Below, in pieces: positions 8,379 through 17,800 of a stretch of DNA of 41,012 nucleotides (positions are counted from its first letter, which is position 1; each line of letters starts with the position of its first letter). Made by a program: the position numbers and the translations under genes. Origin of the DNA: Methanomassiliicoccales archaeon (GTDB taxonomy: Archaea > Thermoplasmatota > Thermoplasmata > Methanomassiliicoccales > JAUVWO01); contig JAUVWO010000002.1 of NCBI GenBank assembly GCA_030604065.1, positions 1 through 41,012 of the forward strand, in the 5' to 3' direction. The notes beneath the pieces were generated by a model that saw only the letters and a list, made by a program, of their open reading frames with translations, ran no database searches and had not been told where the DNA came from.

Positions 8379-9466
8379 TCCACCCTCAATTCTTTTTCCA
8401 ATCCACCCTCTGGTAGCCTAAAGGATGTGGCCTTGGCCGGGTCCCATGAGATAGAGACCTCGTCCCCTATCGACAGCTCGCCCATCTTCCGGTTGGGGAG
8501 CTTGGCCGACATACGACCCAGATCGCCCATGCCAATATCCACATGTAAGTTAGGGCCCTCATACAGTATCCTCTCCACCTTGCCATCGAGGAACCCGGTC
8601 CCCGAGACTGTGATGTTGGTGTTGCCCACCTTTACCGCAACCACCACATCCCCATCCATATCGTCACTGCGACGACACAGTATCCTGTGACCAGCGTCAT
8701 CGATCACCGTTTGCAATTCCCCCTCCACACCGTCCATCTTCCCAATGAAGAAGTTGGACTGGCCAAGGAAATTGGCCACGAACGGGGTGGCAGGTTCCTC
8801 AAAGATCTCCTTGGGTGTACCCACCTGGATTATCCTCCCATCCCGAATAACGGCTATACGGTCGGCCATGACCATAGCCTCCTCCTGATCATGGGTGACG
8901 TGAATAACTGTCTTGCCAAGAGAGCGAGCCAGCGATCGAAGCTCCATGCGCAGGGCGATCCGTAACCTTGCGTCCAACGCCCGAAGCGGTTCATCGAGCA
9001 GGAGTGTGTCCGCCCCCGAACCCAGGGCCCGTGCCAGTGCTGTCCTCTGGGCCATGCCTCCGGACAACTCAGCCGGGTAGGCTTCCTTTCGATTGGTCAA
9101 GTGGACCATATCTAGAAGAGAATGAAGAATGTTCACACGGTCCTTCTCCGACCACCCCTGGATGAACGGCCCGAACACGATGTTACTGGCCACGGTCATA
9201 TGGGGAAACAGCGCATAGGTCTGGGACATCATGGTCGCCCTCCGCTCCTCCGGCTGCCTCTTGGTAACGTCCACACCGTCCACTATCACACTGCCCCGAT
9301 CAGGAAGGATCAGACCTGCCACCAATCTCAAGGTGGTGGTCTTCCCGGCACCAGTGGGTCCAAGGAGACACATGTACTCACCATCGCCAACCTCTAGATC
9401 AAGGCCGTTTATGGCCTGCGTGGCTCCGAAGCTCCGACATAGTCCATCTAACCGCAATGATGGCAT
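8375..9466 (-). CDS. ABC transporter ATP-binding protein with C-terminal TOBE-like domain
   Basis: Walker A GPTGAGKTT, Q-loop MMSQTYALFPHMTV, signature LSGGMAQRTALARAL, Walker B TLLLDEPLRALD, H-loop IHVTHDQEEA. Start reset to ATG (complement of 9464-9466, MPSLRLDGLCRSFG), which forms an ATGA overlap with the permease stop. The track ORF to 9547 is an in-frame extension into the permease gene. Confidence 0.9.
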   Translation of the reverse strand: MPSLRLDGLCRSFGATQAINGLDLEVGDGEYMCLLGPTGAGKTTTLRLVAGLILPDRGSVIVDGVDVTKRQPEERRATMMSQTYALFPHMTVASNIVFGPFIQGWSEKDRVNILHSLLDMVHLTNRKEAYPAELSGGMAQRTALARALGSGADTLLLDEPLRALDARLRIALRMELRSLARSLGKTVIHVTHDQEEAMVMADRIAVIRDGRIIQVGTPKEIFEEPATPFVANFLGQSNFFIGKMDGVEGELQTVIDDAGHRILCRRSDDMDGDVVVAVKVGNTNITVSGTGFLDGKVERILYEGPNLHVDIGMGDLGRMSAKLPNRKMGELSIGDEVSISWDPAKATSFRLPEGGLEKELRVE

Positions 9467-11178
9467 CAGACCACCTCCCCATTGCGACGGGTGATGTACC
9501 GTATCGCCAGCATGGCCATGTATGATATGATGATCAATGCCACGCAAGCCAGGGCGGCCTCGTAGTAATGATCGCTGCCGGCCTTTATCAGATTGACGAT
9601 ATAGATTGGGACGGTGTTGGCGTTCGGGTTAACAGCGATGGTGGCCCCGGTCTCACCCAGTGACCTAGTGAACGCCATTATCGAACCGGCGAGGACCGCG
9701 GTCTTGATCATAGGGAACAGCACCCGACGGAACGTCTGTATCGGTCTCGCCCCAAGCGTCCGAGCGGTCTCCTCGAAGGCGGAATCCACCTCCTCCACCG
9801 CACCGGCCACATTTCGCACCACCAGCGGATAAGTGAAGGCCACGTGGGCTAGGATGACCAATAGCATTCCATATTCTTCAACCGGGCTGTTGGCCCAGAA
9901 AAGTCCTAAAGAGAATCCCAAAGCGGCAGTAGGCACGATCAGAGGAACGTTGACCAGCACATCGAGCGCCTGGCCCACCTTGCCATTCCCGTTACGGGCC
10001 ACATACAAAGCTAGTGGTATGCCCAACGCCAGATCGATGACAGTGACCACGATGGCCACTATGAACGAGTAACCCAGAGCTCCTGTGAATCCCCCCCAGT
10101 CCACTGTACCGGTCTCACCAGTGAATACGTAGCTGAATACGAAGAATGAGGGGATCAATACAAAGATCACGAAGAATATGATGGCAGACCCGTCCTTCAT
10201 CCGTGGGACCATGCCCCGGGAAAGGCTCTTCTCGAACCGAGGCCAAACGCTGCGGAACGGGAGTTTGACCCTCATCAGTACGTATTTCACCAGCACCAGA
10301 AGAATCAAGGCCAGTATGATGAGCAGAATGCTGACGAAGGACAATGCCGGTACCAAGGTCTCCGCCAGTGACGGGTCGTCCCTGATAGCGTTCTTCCATG
10401 TGCCAATAAGAGTGGGTCCAGTAAAGAAGTCCTGAGCCCCCATTATAGCCAAAGCCATCATGGTGCCACCGGTCTCGCTGAGGCTCCTGGCAAAACATAG
10501 GATGAAACCTGTCACCAGGCCGGCCCGGAACAGGGGCAGCGTGATTGTACGGGCGGCGGTTAGTTGACTGGCGCCGAGTGTCCGACCCGCCATCTCATAG
10601 TTGAGATCGATCTGCTCCAAGATAGCGGAAAGGGAACGCACCATGTAGGGATATGAGAACACCACGTGCAGGAGTATCACCAGCAACATAGGTGAGGTGA
10701 TGATGCCCAAAGACCCCGGTGGCTGTGCGATGCCTACTGGCATGGCCCAAAAAATGGCAATGGAGAACCCCAGGGCTGCGGTCGGGAATGCCAGCGGCAT
10801 GTCCATGAGCGTGTCCAGGTAGCGCTTGCCCCGGAACTCCTTTCGCACCATCATCCAGGCGATGGGGAGTCCGACGATGAGGTCGATCACAGTGACTATG
10901 GTGGCGATAATGAACGAATTCGTTATCGCGTTCTTTATCGTATTCACGACCTCGGGGTCACTGAGCACCTCGTCCTGTATGGCACTCCAGTCGGTGATCG
11001 CGTAGGTAAGCACGAAGACCGTGGGTAGGATGACGAAAGCTAGGAAAAAAATGATGATGATACCTATCCAGGCCTTTCTGAAGGACCGGCTGCTTATGGC
11101 CTCGACAATCGAACGTTTACCTCCGATGAGCGAACCCCCGACTGCCTGCATAATCCTGGAGTGCATAGAAAAAGTCAC
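9466..11178 (-). CDS. Fused two-domain ABC importer permease (2 x BPD-type transmembrane domain), ModB/CysTW-like
   Basis: 570 aa, highly hydrophobic, with two tandem halves. Each half has an EAA-type loop (YEMAGRTLGASQLTAARTITLPL; FEETARTLGARPIQTFRRVLFPM) followed by FARSLSETGG / FTRSLGETGA. GTG start at 11178; ATG alternatives at 11166 and 11151. Confidence 0.87.
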   Translation of the reverse strand: MTFSMHSRIMQAVGGSLIGGKRSIVEAISSRSFRKAWIGIIIIFFLAFVILPTVFVLTYAITDWSAIQDEVLSDPEVVNTIKNAITNSFIIATIVTVIDLIVGLPIAWMMVRKEFRGKRYLDTLMDMPLAFPTAALGFSIAIFWAMPVGIAQPPGSLGIITSPMLLVILLHVVFSYPYMVRSLSAILEQIDLNYEMAGRTLGASQLTAARTITLPLFRAGLVTGFILCFARSLSETGGTMMALAIMGAQDFFTGPTLIGTWKNAIRDDPSLAETLVPALSFVSILLIILALILLVLVKYVLMRVKLPFRSVWPRFEKSLSRGMVPRMKDGSAIIFFVIFVLIPSFFVFSYVFTGETGTVDWGGFTGALGYSFIVAIVVTVIDLALGIPLALYVARNGNGKVGQALDVLVNVPLIVPTAALGFSLGLFWANSPVEEYGMLLVILAHVAFTYPLVVRNVAGAVEEVDSAFEETARTLGARPIQTFRRVLFPMIKTAVLAGSIMAFTRSLGETGATIAVNPNANTVPIYIVNLIKAGSDHYYEAALACVALIIISYMAMLAIRYITRRNGEVV

Positions 11179-11184
11179 CGGTCT

Positions 11185-12087
11185 CTAGGCGACGATGGTG
11201 TCCTCTAGAAGGGTGCCGGCCTTGACCCGGACACCCGGCCCCACTATCGACCGCTCCACGATGGCGCCAGGCTCCACGATGGCACCGGAGAACACCATCG
11301 AGTCTTGGACCATTGCACCGATCTGGATCGTCGAACCGGGTTCGGAGCACACCCGCACCAGCCCCTCCGGGGCCTGACCTCTCAAATAGTTCTCCCGACC
11401 GGTACTAGCTAGGATAGCAGTCTGAGCCCTGATATAGTTTGGAAGGGTGCCACAATCCACCCAATAACCCTGAAAACGATGTCCGTGGAGCCCATGGTCA
11501 AGGACCTCAGGGAACACCTCGCGCTCGATCGATGCCTTGCCATCCGGGATGTGGTCGAGCAACTCCGGCTCGAAAACGTACATACCTGCATTGATCAGGT
11601 CAGAGACCGCCTCTCCCGGTGCTGGTTTTTCCTGGAAATCGGTTATGCGATCGCCCTCCAATCGCACTACGCCGAATGCCGACGGGTCAGGCACCTTCCA
11701 CAGGGCCAGCGTACCGATTCCACCGGCATGGCGATGGTGGGCCACCAGTTTTCTCAGGTCCAACGAACTCACCACATCGCCGTTGAACGCTAAGAACGTA
11801 TCATCCAGATGCTGGGACAGATTCTTCAAAGCGCCCCCGGTCCCTAGGGGCTCATTCTCCTCGACCAGTATGATCTCCCGGCCAACATCGACATTTGAGA
11901 AATACTCTTCCAATCGATCGCACATGTAGTTCACCGCCAGTATGACGGCGTCCACCTCGGTGGGCAGGGAGTCAATGATATGCATTATTAAAGGCCGATC
12001 CACCAATGTGACCAGCGGCTTGGGAACATGATAGGTTAGCGGGCGAAGCCTGGTTCCCAGACCTCCCGCCAGAATGACCGCCCTCAT
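11185..12087 (-). CDS. Sugar-1-phosphate nucleotidyltransferase with C-terminal left-handed beta-helix
   Basis: N-terminal MRAVILAGGLGTRLRPLTYHVPKPLV (G-x-G-T-R-L signature). The C-terminal part has hexapeptide-like repeats (VFSGAIVEPGAIVERSIVGPGVRVKAG). Sugar specificity is unknown. Confidence 0.87.
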   Translation of the reverse strand: MRAVILAGGLGTRLRPLTYHVPKPLVTLVDRPLIMHIIDSLPTEVDAVILAVNYMCDRLEEYFSNVDVGREIILVEENEPLGTGGALKNLSQHLDDTFLAFNGDVVSSLDLRKLVAHHRHAGGIGTLALWKVPDPSAFGVVRLEGDRITDFQEKPAPGEAVSDLINAGMYVFEPELLDHIPDGKASIEREVFPEVLDHGLHGHRFQGYWVDCGTLPNYIRAQTAILASTGRENYLRGQAPEGLVRVCSEPGSTIQIGAMVQDSMVFSGAIVEPGAIVERSIVGPGVRVKAGTLLEDTIVA

Positions 12088-12097
12088 AGGCGCCCCC

Positions 12098-12313
12098 TCA
12101 CAGGAGCGATATGCTGACGACGTTGTTGCCCCGGAGCACTACGGTGCCCAGGCGTCGGGTCTGCTCCGAGGTCCTCTCCTCGGTGTCCTCGAGCACCATG
12201 TTCATGTAATCGTCAAAACCGGTCAACTTTCCCTCAAGGAGCCGGCTGTCCTTGAGCAGTAAGGATATCTTCTTATTGACCGACTTCTCCAGCAACGCAA
12301 GAGGCATGACCAT
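12098..12313 (-). CDS. Archaeal Sm-like protein (SmAP/LSm)
   Basis: 71 aa. Sm1 motif ISLLLKDSRLLEGKLTGFDDYMNMVLED and Sm2 motif LGTVVLRGNNVVSI. Followed 10 nt later by the nucleotidyltransferase gene (TGAGGGGGCGCCTATG). Confidence 0.9.
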   Translation of the reverse strand: MVMPLALLEKSVNKKISLLLKDSRLLEGKLTGFDDYMNMVLEDTEERTSEQTRRLGTVVLRGNNVVSISLL

Positions 12314-12430
12314 AATATCGATTCCGTGTTAAACTCCGCCACGCATTTAAACCTTTCTTACCGGTAGCACCCGTCAGCAGGAAACCAACGGGATTAATAA
12401 TCGTGAAGCGATGATGTATGGGGGAATGAT

Positions 12431-13453
12431 TTGGTCGTGAGGATGATAGAAGCCTACTTCACCACTTCCCAAAGGAACGCAGTGGAACGCTTCATCGAGA
12501 AGTACAAGGACGAGCTCGTCTCCTACACAATGAACGATATCGGAAACGGTGATGGGCGCATCCTCCTACGAGCAGTCCTCGATGCCGGGTCAACCGAGAA
12601 GCTGGTGGATCGACTGGAGAACACGCTCTCATGGGCCAAGGAGTTCCGTGTCATCATCCTTCCAGTGGAGGCCACCATACCTCGCCATGATCCATTTAGC
12701 TCCAAAGAGCGCAAGGTGCTGGGGCTGCCCATGGGCTCCAACCGCCTTAGCAGAGAGGAGATCTACCAGGACGTGATCGTGAACTCTCGAATATCATGGA
12801 CATTCCTGCTGTTCGTTTTCCTGTCCGCGATAATCGGTTCGGTCGGGCTGCTCCGTGGCAACATAGCCGTGATCATTGGGGCAATGGTCATCGCCCCTTT
12901 CTTAGGGCCGCTGACCGGCGTGGGTCTGGCCACGGTGATGGGAGAGTTTCCTCTGGCAAAGTCCAGTGGATTGGCCGCAATAGTTGGCATAGTGCTGGTT
13001 ATAACACTGGCCATGATTATCGGCATGTACTCTGATGTAGACCTCTCCATCATGCCTGAGATCGCCCTGCGGGCCGATGTCCGCCTGGAGGATGTGCTGA
13101 TAGCCCTGGCTGCGGGCTGCGCCGGTGCGCTCGCCATAACCCTGGCGATGCCGTCGGCCTTCGTCGGAGTGACGGTGGCCGCTGCCCTGCTGCCCCCTAT
13201 GCTGTCGTTCGGGCTGCTTCTGGGTGGAGGATACTACACCGAGGCTGCCGGCGCCCTGCTCCTAGTCGTCGCCAACATAGTGTGCATCGTTACCGCATCG
13301 CTAGCAGTGTTCATGATCCAGGGGGTCAGGCCACGCAGATGGAAGGATGCCGCCGAGGCACGGGGGACCGTGTTGCGGGCGGCGATCATCCTGAGCTCCA
13401 TGCTGTTGATCGTGAGCTTGGCCATTCTGCTCTACGACATCTACATCACTTGA
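12431..13453 (+). CDS. DUF389 / TIGR00341-family integral membrane protein
   Basis: About 100-aa soluble N-terminal domain followed by a multi-TM region with the DUF389 hallmark AVIIGAMVIAPFLGPLTGVGLA. TTG start at 12431 (gggggA 5 nt upstream); alternative ATG at 12443. Confidence 0.8.
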   Translation: MVVRMIEAYFTTSQRNAVERFIEKYKDELVSYTMNDIGNGDGRILLRAVLDAGSTEKLVDRLENTLSWAKEFRVIILPVEATIPRHDPFSSKERKVLGLPMGSNRLSREEIYQDVIVNSRISWTFLLFVFLSAIIGSVGLLRGNIAVIIGAMVIAPFLGPLTGVGLATVMGEFPLAKSSGLAAIVGIVLVITLAMIIGMYSDVDLSIMPEIALRADVRLEDVLIALAAGCAGALAITLAMPSAFVGVTVAAALLPPMLSFGLLLGGGYYTEAAGALLLVVANIVCIVTASLAVFMIQGVRPRRWKDAAEARGTVLRAAIILSSMLLIVSLAILLYDIYIT

Positions 13454-13943
13454 TCCTAGATTCCAACCAGGAACGGATGACCTCAGGGTCATTGGACTCG
13501 ATGCCGAAGTATTCCACGAACCGCTTGCTGGTGGTCAGCTCAAGCGTTTGCCCCCGTGATCTGGCAACGATGAGTTTGGTGACACGGAGGTCCTTCACGT
13601 CCTCATAGGCCCGCGGCCCTCTCATCCTCACCAGCTCGCTCTGCAGCAGCGGCTGGTAATAGGCAATCATCGCCGCGGTCTTGAGGCACCCTCTAGAAAG
13701 CTCCTGATCGGAGAGCATCGAAGCCGCCTCCCGATAATCATCCCTCACCGCCAACGAATAGCTGGGGCCTGTCTTGAGCACCTGAATGGAGGACCCCCAT
13801 GCATCGTACTCCTCTGCCAGCCGTTTGAGCGCTCGGCGGACGGCGGTCTGGGATACTCCAGTCAGCTCAGCGATCTCAGTCACTCTTAACGGATGGGAGG
13901 AGGCGAACAAGGTTGCCTCCACAGTCCGCACCGGGTCCATCAT
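13446..13943 (-). CDS. scpB: Segregation and condensation protein B
   Basis: 165 aa. VEATLFASSHPLRVTEIAELTG... and LKTAAMIAYYQPLLQSELVRMRG... are the tandem wHTH pattern of ScpB. ATGA overlap with scpA. Confidence 0.87.
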   Translation of the reverse strand: MMDPVRTVEATLFASSHPLRVTEIAELTGVSQTAVRRALKRLAEEYDAWGSSIQVLKTGPSYSLAVRDDYREAASMLSDQELSRGCLKTAAMIAYYQPLLQSELVRMRGPRAYEDVKDLRVTKLIVARSRGQTLELTTSKRFVEYFGIESNDPEVIRSWLESRIK

Positions 13944-14836
13944 ATCACCATGTCCCTGTCCCTGATGACCACAGGCTGGGCCAAGGCCTCATCCACGGCA
14001 TGGATCATACCAATGTCCCAAGCCACCATGACCTCGACCGTGATCTCCCCCAAGGGGATGTTCTCTTGTCGCAGCGATATACGGCCGTCGCGGGCCAGAT
14101 GCAGGATGGCCACGAACGTCTTTATGATGTCATCTCGGGTGCTATCGCATAGGTCCTGGAACCGTATGGGTCCTGCTCCCAGGCGACCGATGCGGGCCCA
14201 TATCTCTTCAACATCCCGTTCCAGATCGTCCTCGTGCGCCTTATTGTCGAAGCGTCCGTCCTTCTTGGGCACGCGCTCCCTGGCCGCCTGCCTGGCCAGG
14301 CTGAGCTCCATCTCCTGCCTGGCATCCTCAAAGGCGCCCAAGAGCTCAATAAGTGACACCGGTCGGATAGCAGGGTGACGTATCACCTCGCCCAGATCAA
14401 GATCGTCGGGTAGCTCCAATTCAGGCACCCACTCTTGATCAGGTAGCAGGCAGTCGAACCCTTCAGTATCCCAATCGCAGAAGTATGGCTCGACCCGATC
14501 ATGCTGCTCCAATACCTCCTGACTCTGCATCCTAAGGATGCTCCAGGCCATGTATACCAGCTTCCCGGCCACGATGAAGTCGATGGTATCGCTGCGGGCT
14601 TTATCCGCATACATTCGTGTGAATTCAAGTAGGTCTATCTCCCACGGATCGAGACCGTGGCTCAGCACCAAGTCGAATGCTTGCCTTATGGAGTTATCCA
14701 CAAGGTCCCGTGGGATCTCATCCGTTCCGTCATCGAGAATTCTCATGTACCTTTCGATCTTCAGCGACCTCTCTCCATCGTCGATGATGGCCTTGTGAAA
14801 GAGCAGATGCTCAAGAACCTGAGCGTTTTCCATCAT
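13940..14836 (-). CDS. scpA: Segregation and condensation protein A (kleisin)
   Basis: 298 aa, positioned between smc and scpB with ATGA overlaps on both sides. N-terminal DPWEIDLLEFTRMY and C-terminal wHTH-like IIKTFVAILHLARDGRISLRQE fit ScpA. Confidence 0.85.
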   Translation of the reverse strand: MMENAQVLEHLLFHKAIIDDGERSLKIERYMRILDDGTDEIPRDLVDNSIRQAFDLVLSHGLDPWEIDLLEFTRMYADKARSDTIDFIVAGKLVYMAWSILRMQSQEVLEQHDRVEPYFCDWDTEGFDCLLPDQEWVPELELPDDLDLGEVIRHPAIRPVSLIELLGAFEDARQEMELSLARQAARERVPKKDGRFDNKAHEDDLERDVEEIWARIGRLGAGPIRFQDLCDSTRDDIIKTFVAILHLARDGRISLRQENIPLGEITVEVMVAWDIGMIHAVDEALAQPVVIRDRDMVI

Positions 14837-17800
14837 GATGTCCCCTCCGCTATCGCTTTGTCGGGTTCCTCTTCATAGCGTCCCACCTCGCCCAGGTCGG
14901 GGCGCATTATCACCTTGCTTATGCCGTTGGGCTGGCGGGTCACTCCGATGAGGTGCGCCGCCCTGGTTAGGGTGACCTTGCGGAGCGATATCTGCACGAA
15001 CTGCGCCGCACCTGCGCTAGCCTCCACTCTCCTAGCCACCATTTCAGCGTTGACTGCGTCTAGGAACATATCCACCTCATCCAGTAGATAGAACGGGGAT
15101 GGCTGATACTCCTGTATCGCAAATATGAACGCCAGAGCAGTGAGGCTCTTCTCACCTCCACTTAGAGCCTGCAACCTGAGCGCCTTGCCATTCCTTGGCT
15201 TGGCCTTTATGATGAGACCGGCCTCGAACGGCTCCTCCAGGTCCTCTAGGACCATCTCGGCGGAGCCTCCGCCAGACAACTCCACGTAGACCCTCTTGAA
15301 ATTGATATTGACCGCCTCGAATACCTCCATGAAAGCGATCTTCTTCTTGCCGTTGAGCTCGGTCATCAAGCTGAGAAGCTCGGATCGCTGGAGATCCAGC
15401 CGATCCAGCTCTGAACGCAATGCGTTGTGCCTATCTAGCTTCTCTTCGTAGTCCTCCACAGCCTTCAGGTTGACCGCGCCCATACGCCCCAGCGATGACT
15501 CGCAGGCCCGAATGGTGGCCCTGATGCTCTCCATGGACGGGAGTGGGAACTGTACCTCCGCCTCAATGTTTTCCAGGTCCCTCTCCGCTTCCCGCAACCG
15601 ATCCTTGGCGATCGCCAGCTTGGCTTGGAGACCAACATTGAAGTCCAGGGTGGTTTCGATGCGGGTCTGGAAGCCATCCTTCTCGCCCTCGGCGCGGGTG
15701 CGCTCCTGGAACAGCTCGTCCCGGCGACTGCGCAGCTCCTTCAGCTCCTGATCCAGACCATCCTCGATACGACGTAACCCATCCAATTCTACCCGGAGCC
15801 GCGATTCATTCTCTTGGGCACTGGCGGCCTCTCCCCCAAAGCGCTCTATGCGGGCCTCTGCCTGCACCTGGTAACCGATGATGTCGTCCAGACGGCTCCG
15901 GACCACCACTAATTGCGTCTCTGCGGTGGCCTTCTCAGCCCGCAGGGAGCTGACGCTTTCACTGAGCTCCAGCACCCGAGTCTCAAGGGCTTTCAGCCTC
16001 TGGGACATCTCAATGGGGGCCACCAACATCAACCGGTCGCGATGGTCCTGACGCTCCTGTCGCTTTCCATCGGTCTCCGCCCCCGCCTGGACCAGCCCCT
16101 CTGCTACCTCGGAGAGCCTTGTCCCCACCTCTGATAGATCCCCCTGGGATGTGGCGAGGGTCTCCTTGGCCTGCTCGACCTGGCGCCGATGGCGGTCGCG
16201 CTGCTCCTCCATGGCCTTGACCCTTACCGCATGGGCTCCTCCAGACGATCCGGTCTCGCGTAGCTCCGCCTCCAACTGCCTGAGACGCCCCCTGACCTCC
16301 TTCAACTGTGCCTCGAGCGTCTCAGCTGATGTCATAGCGGCCCGCAGCTCCTTGGCCACCACCTCCAGCTTTCCTTTGGATGCGGATCCGAACCGTAGCT
16401 TGTTCACCTGTAGGTTGCCGCCCACCATGGCCCCGGAGGCCTCCAACAGTTCGCCGCCCATGGTCACCAGCCTGACCCCGCCCATCAACTTCCGGGCGTG
16501 ATCCAAAGTGTCGACCACCACGGTATCACCAAGGACGTACCAGAACACATTACGATAGCGGGCATCGAAACGGATGAGATCGATCGCGTACCCAATCGCC
16601 TCCCTTTCCGCCTGTATGGCCTTCCCCCGCGGGCGACCAGTGACCATCTTGTTCAGAGGCAAGAACGTGGCCCGGCCCAGCTTGTTGCGCTTGAGGAAGC
16701 TTATAGCCTCTGCCGCCACCTGATCATCCTCTACCACTATGGCCTGCATACGGCCGCCGGCGGTCACATTGAGCGCTACCTCGTACTCCTCGTCCACATC
16801 AGCGAGCTCGGCGATGGTGCCATGGACCCCACGGATGTCCCCCTGATCCCTGGCCTCCAATATTCTGGTCACCGCTCGATTGTACCCTCTAGCGGTGCTC
16901 TCAGCCGCCTCCATCTCCGCCCTGAGATGGCTGTACTCACGGTTGAGGCTGCGTATGGCCTGCTCCAGCTCCTCGGACTCCTTGCTCAGTCTGTCATCCT
17001 CGCGCTTGGTCTCATAAAGCCTATCCCGTATGCCCTTGAGCCGTGACTCCTTCTCCTTCTCACTTCCACGCAGCTCCCGGATGTTCCAGTCGGTGTCGCT
17101 GATCTCGAACTCCATGCTCTTGATGGATTCCTCCGACTGGGCGATGGTCACCTCCAGCCGCTCCTTGCGGTCCACGAGCCGGTCCCTCTCCAAGGTCATA
17201 CCATGGATGGCATCCTCGCCTTCACGGATAGCCTGATCCAGAGTGTCGATCGTAACCTCAAGCTCGGCCACCTCGGTGTCGCACTCGCCCATCTCCGCCC
17301 GGAGTGCCTCTAGCTGCCCCCGGACATCGAGCAGATCGGTCTCCTTCGAGACCAGTGCACTCGATGTTCCCTTGAGGGCCTCCTGGCGCTCAGACATCTC
17401 CTGCTCCAGCAGCTCTGCCTGCTCCATCCGTTCGGCCAACTCCTCCTTTATCTCGGCCATCTGCTCCTCGGCGCGCTCCCGGGCGTCTATGGCCATGGCC
17501 AGATCCACCTTGGCTTGATCCATGCTGGCCTTGAGTTCCCTGAGTTCATCGCCTCCACGCTCATCGATCTCGGCCTCGACCCCTTTGATCTCGGTCGTCA
17601 ACTCTGATATCCTGTTGGTCGCACTTGCCTTAGCGTCCTTGAGCTTCTGGACCCTGGACTCGCCCTCTAGGATCTGCTGGGATATGGAGGCCATCTCGTT
17701 CTCCAGGCTCTCCCTGGTCTTGTGAGCCTCCTGGGCCTTGGCCAGATCAAGCTTGGCCTTGAGTTCAAGATAGCGTATGGCGGCCTCCTTCTCACCCCTG

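Noticed and set aside
9467-9547. In-frame N-terminal extensions of track ORFs (8375..9547; likewise 2304.., 18596..19780, 22259..22810, 22788..23429, 25322..25816)
   Set aside because: Each extension overlaps the preceding gene and adds residues upstream of the conserved family N-terminus. An internal ATG gives an ATGA overlap or a short gap, so the starts were moved.
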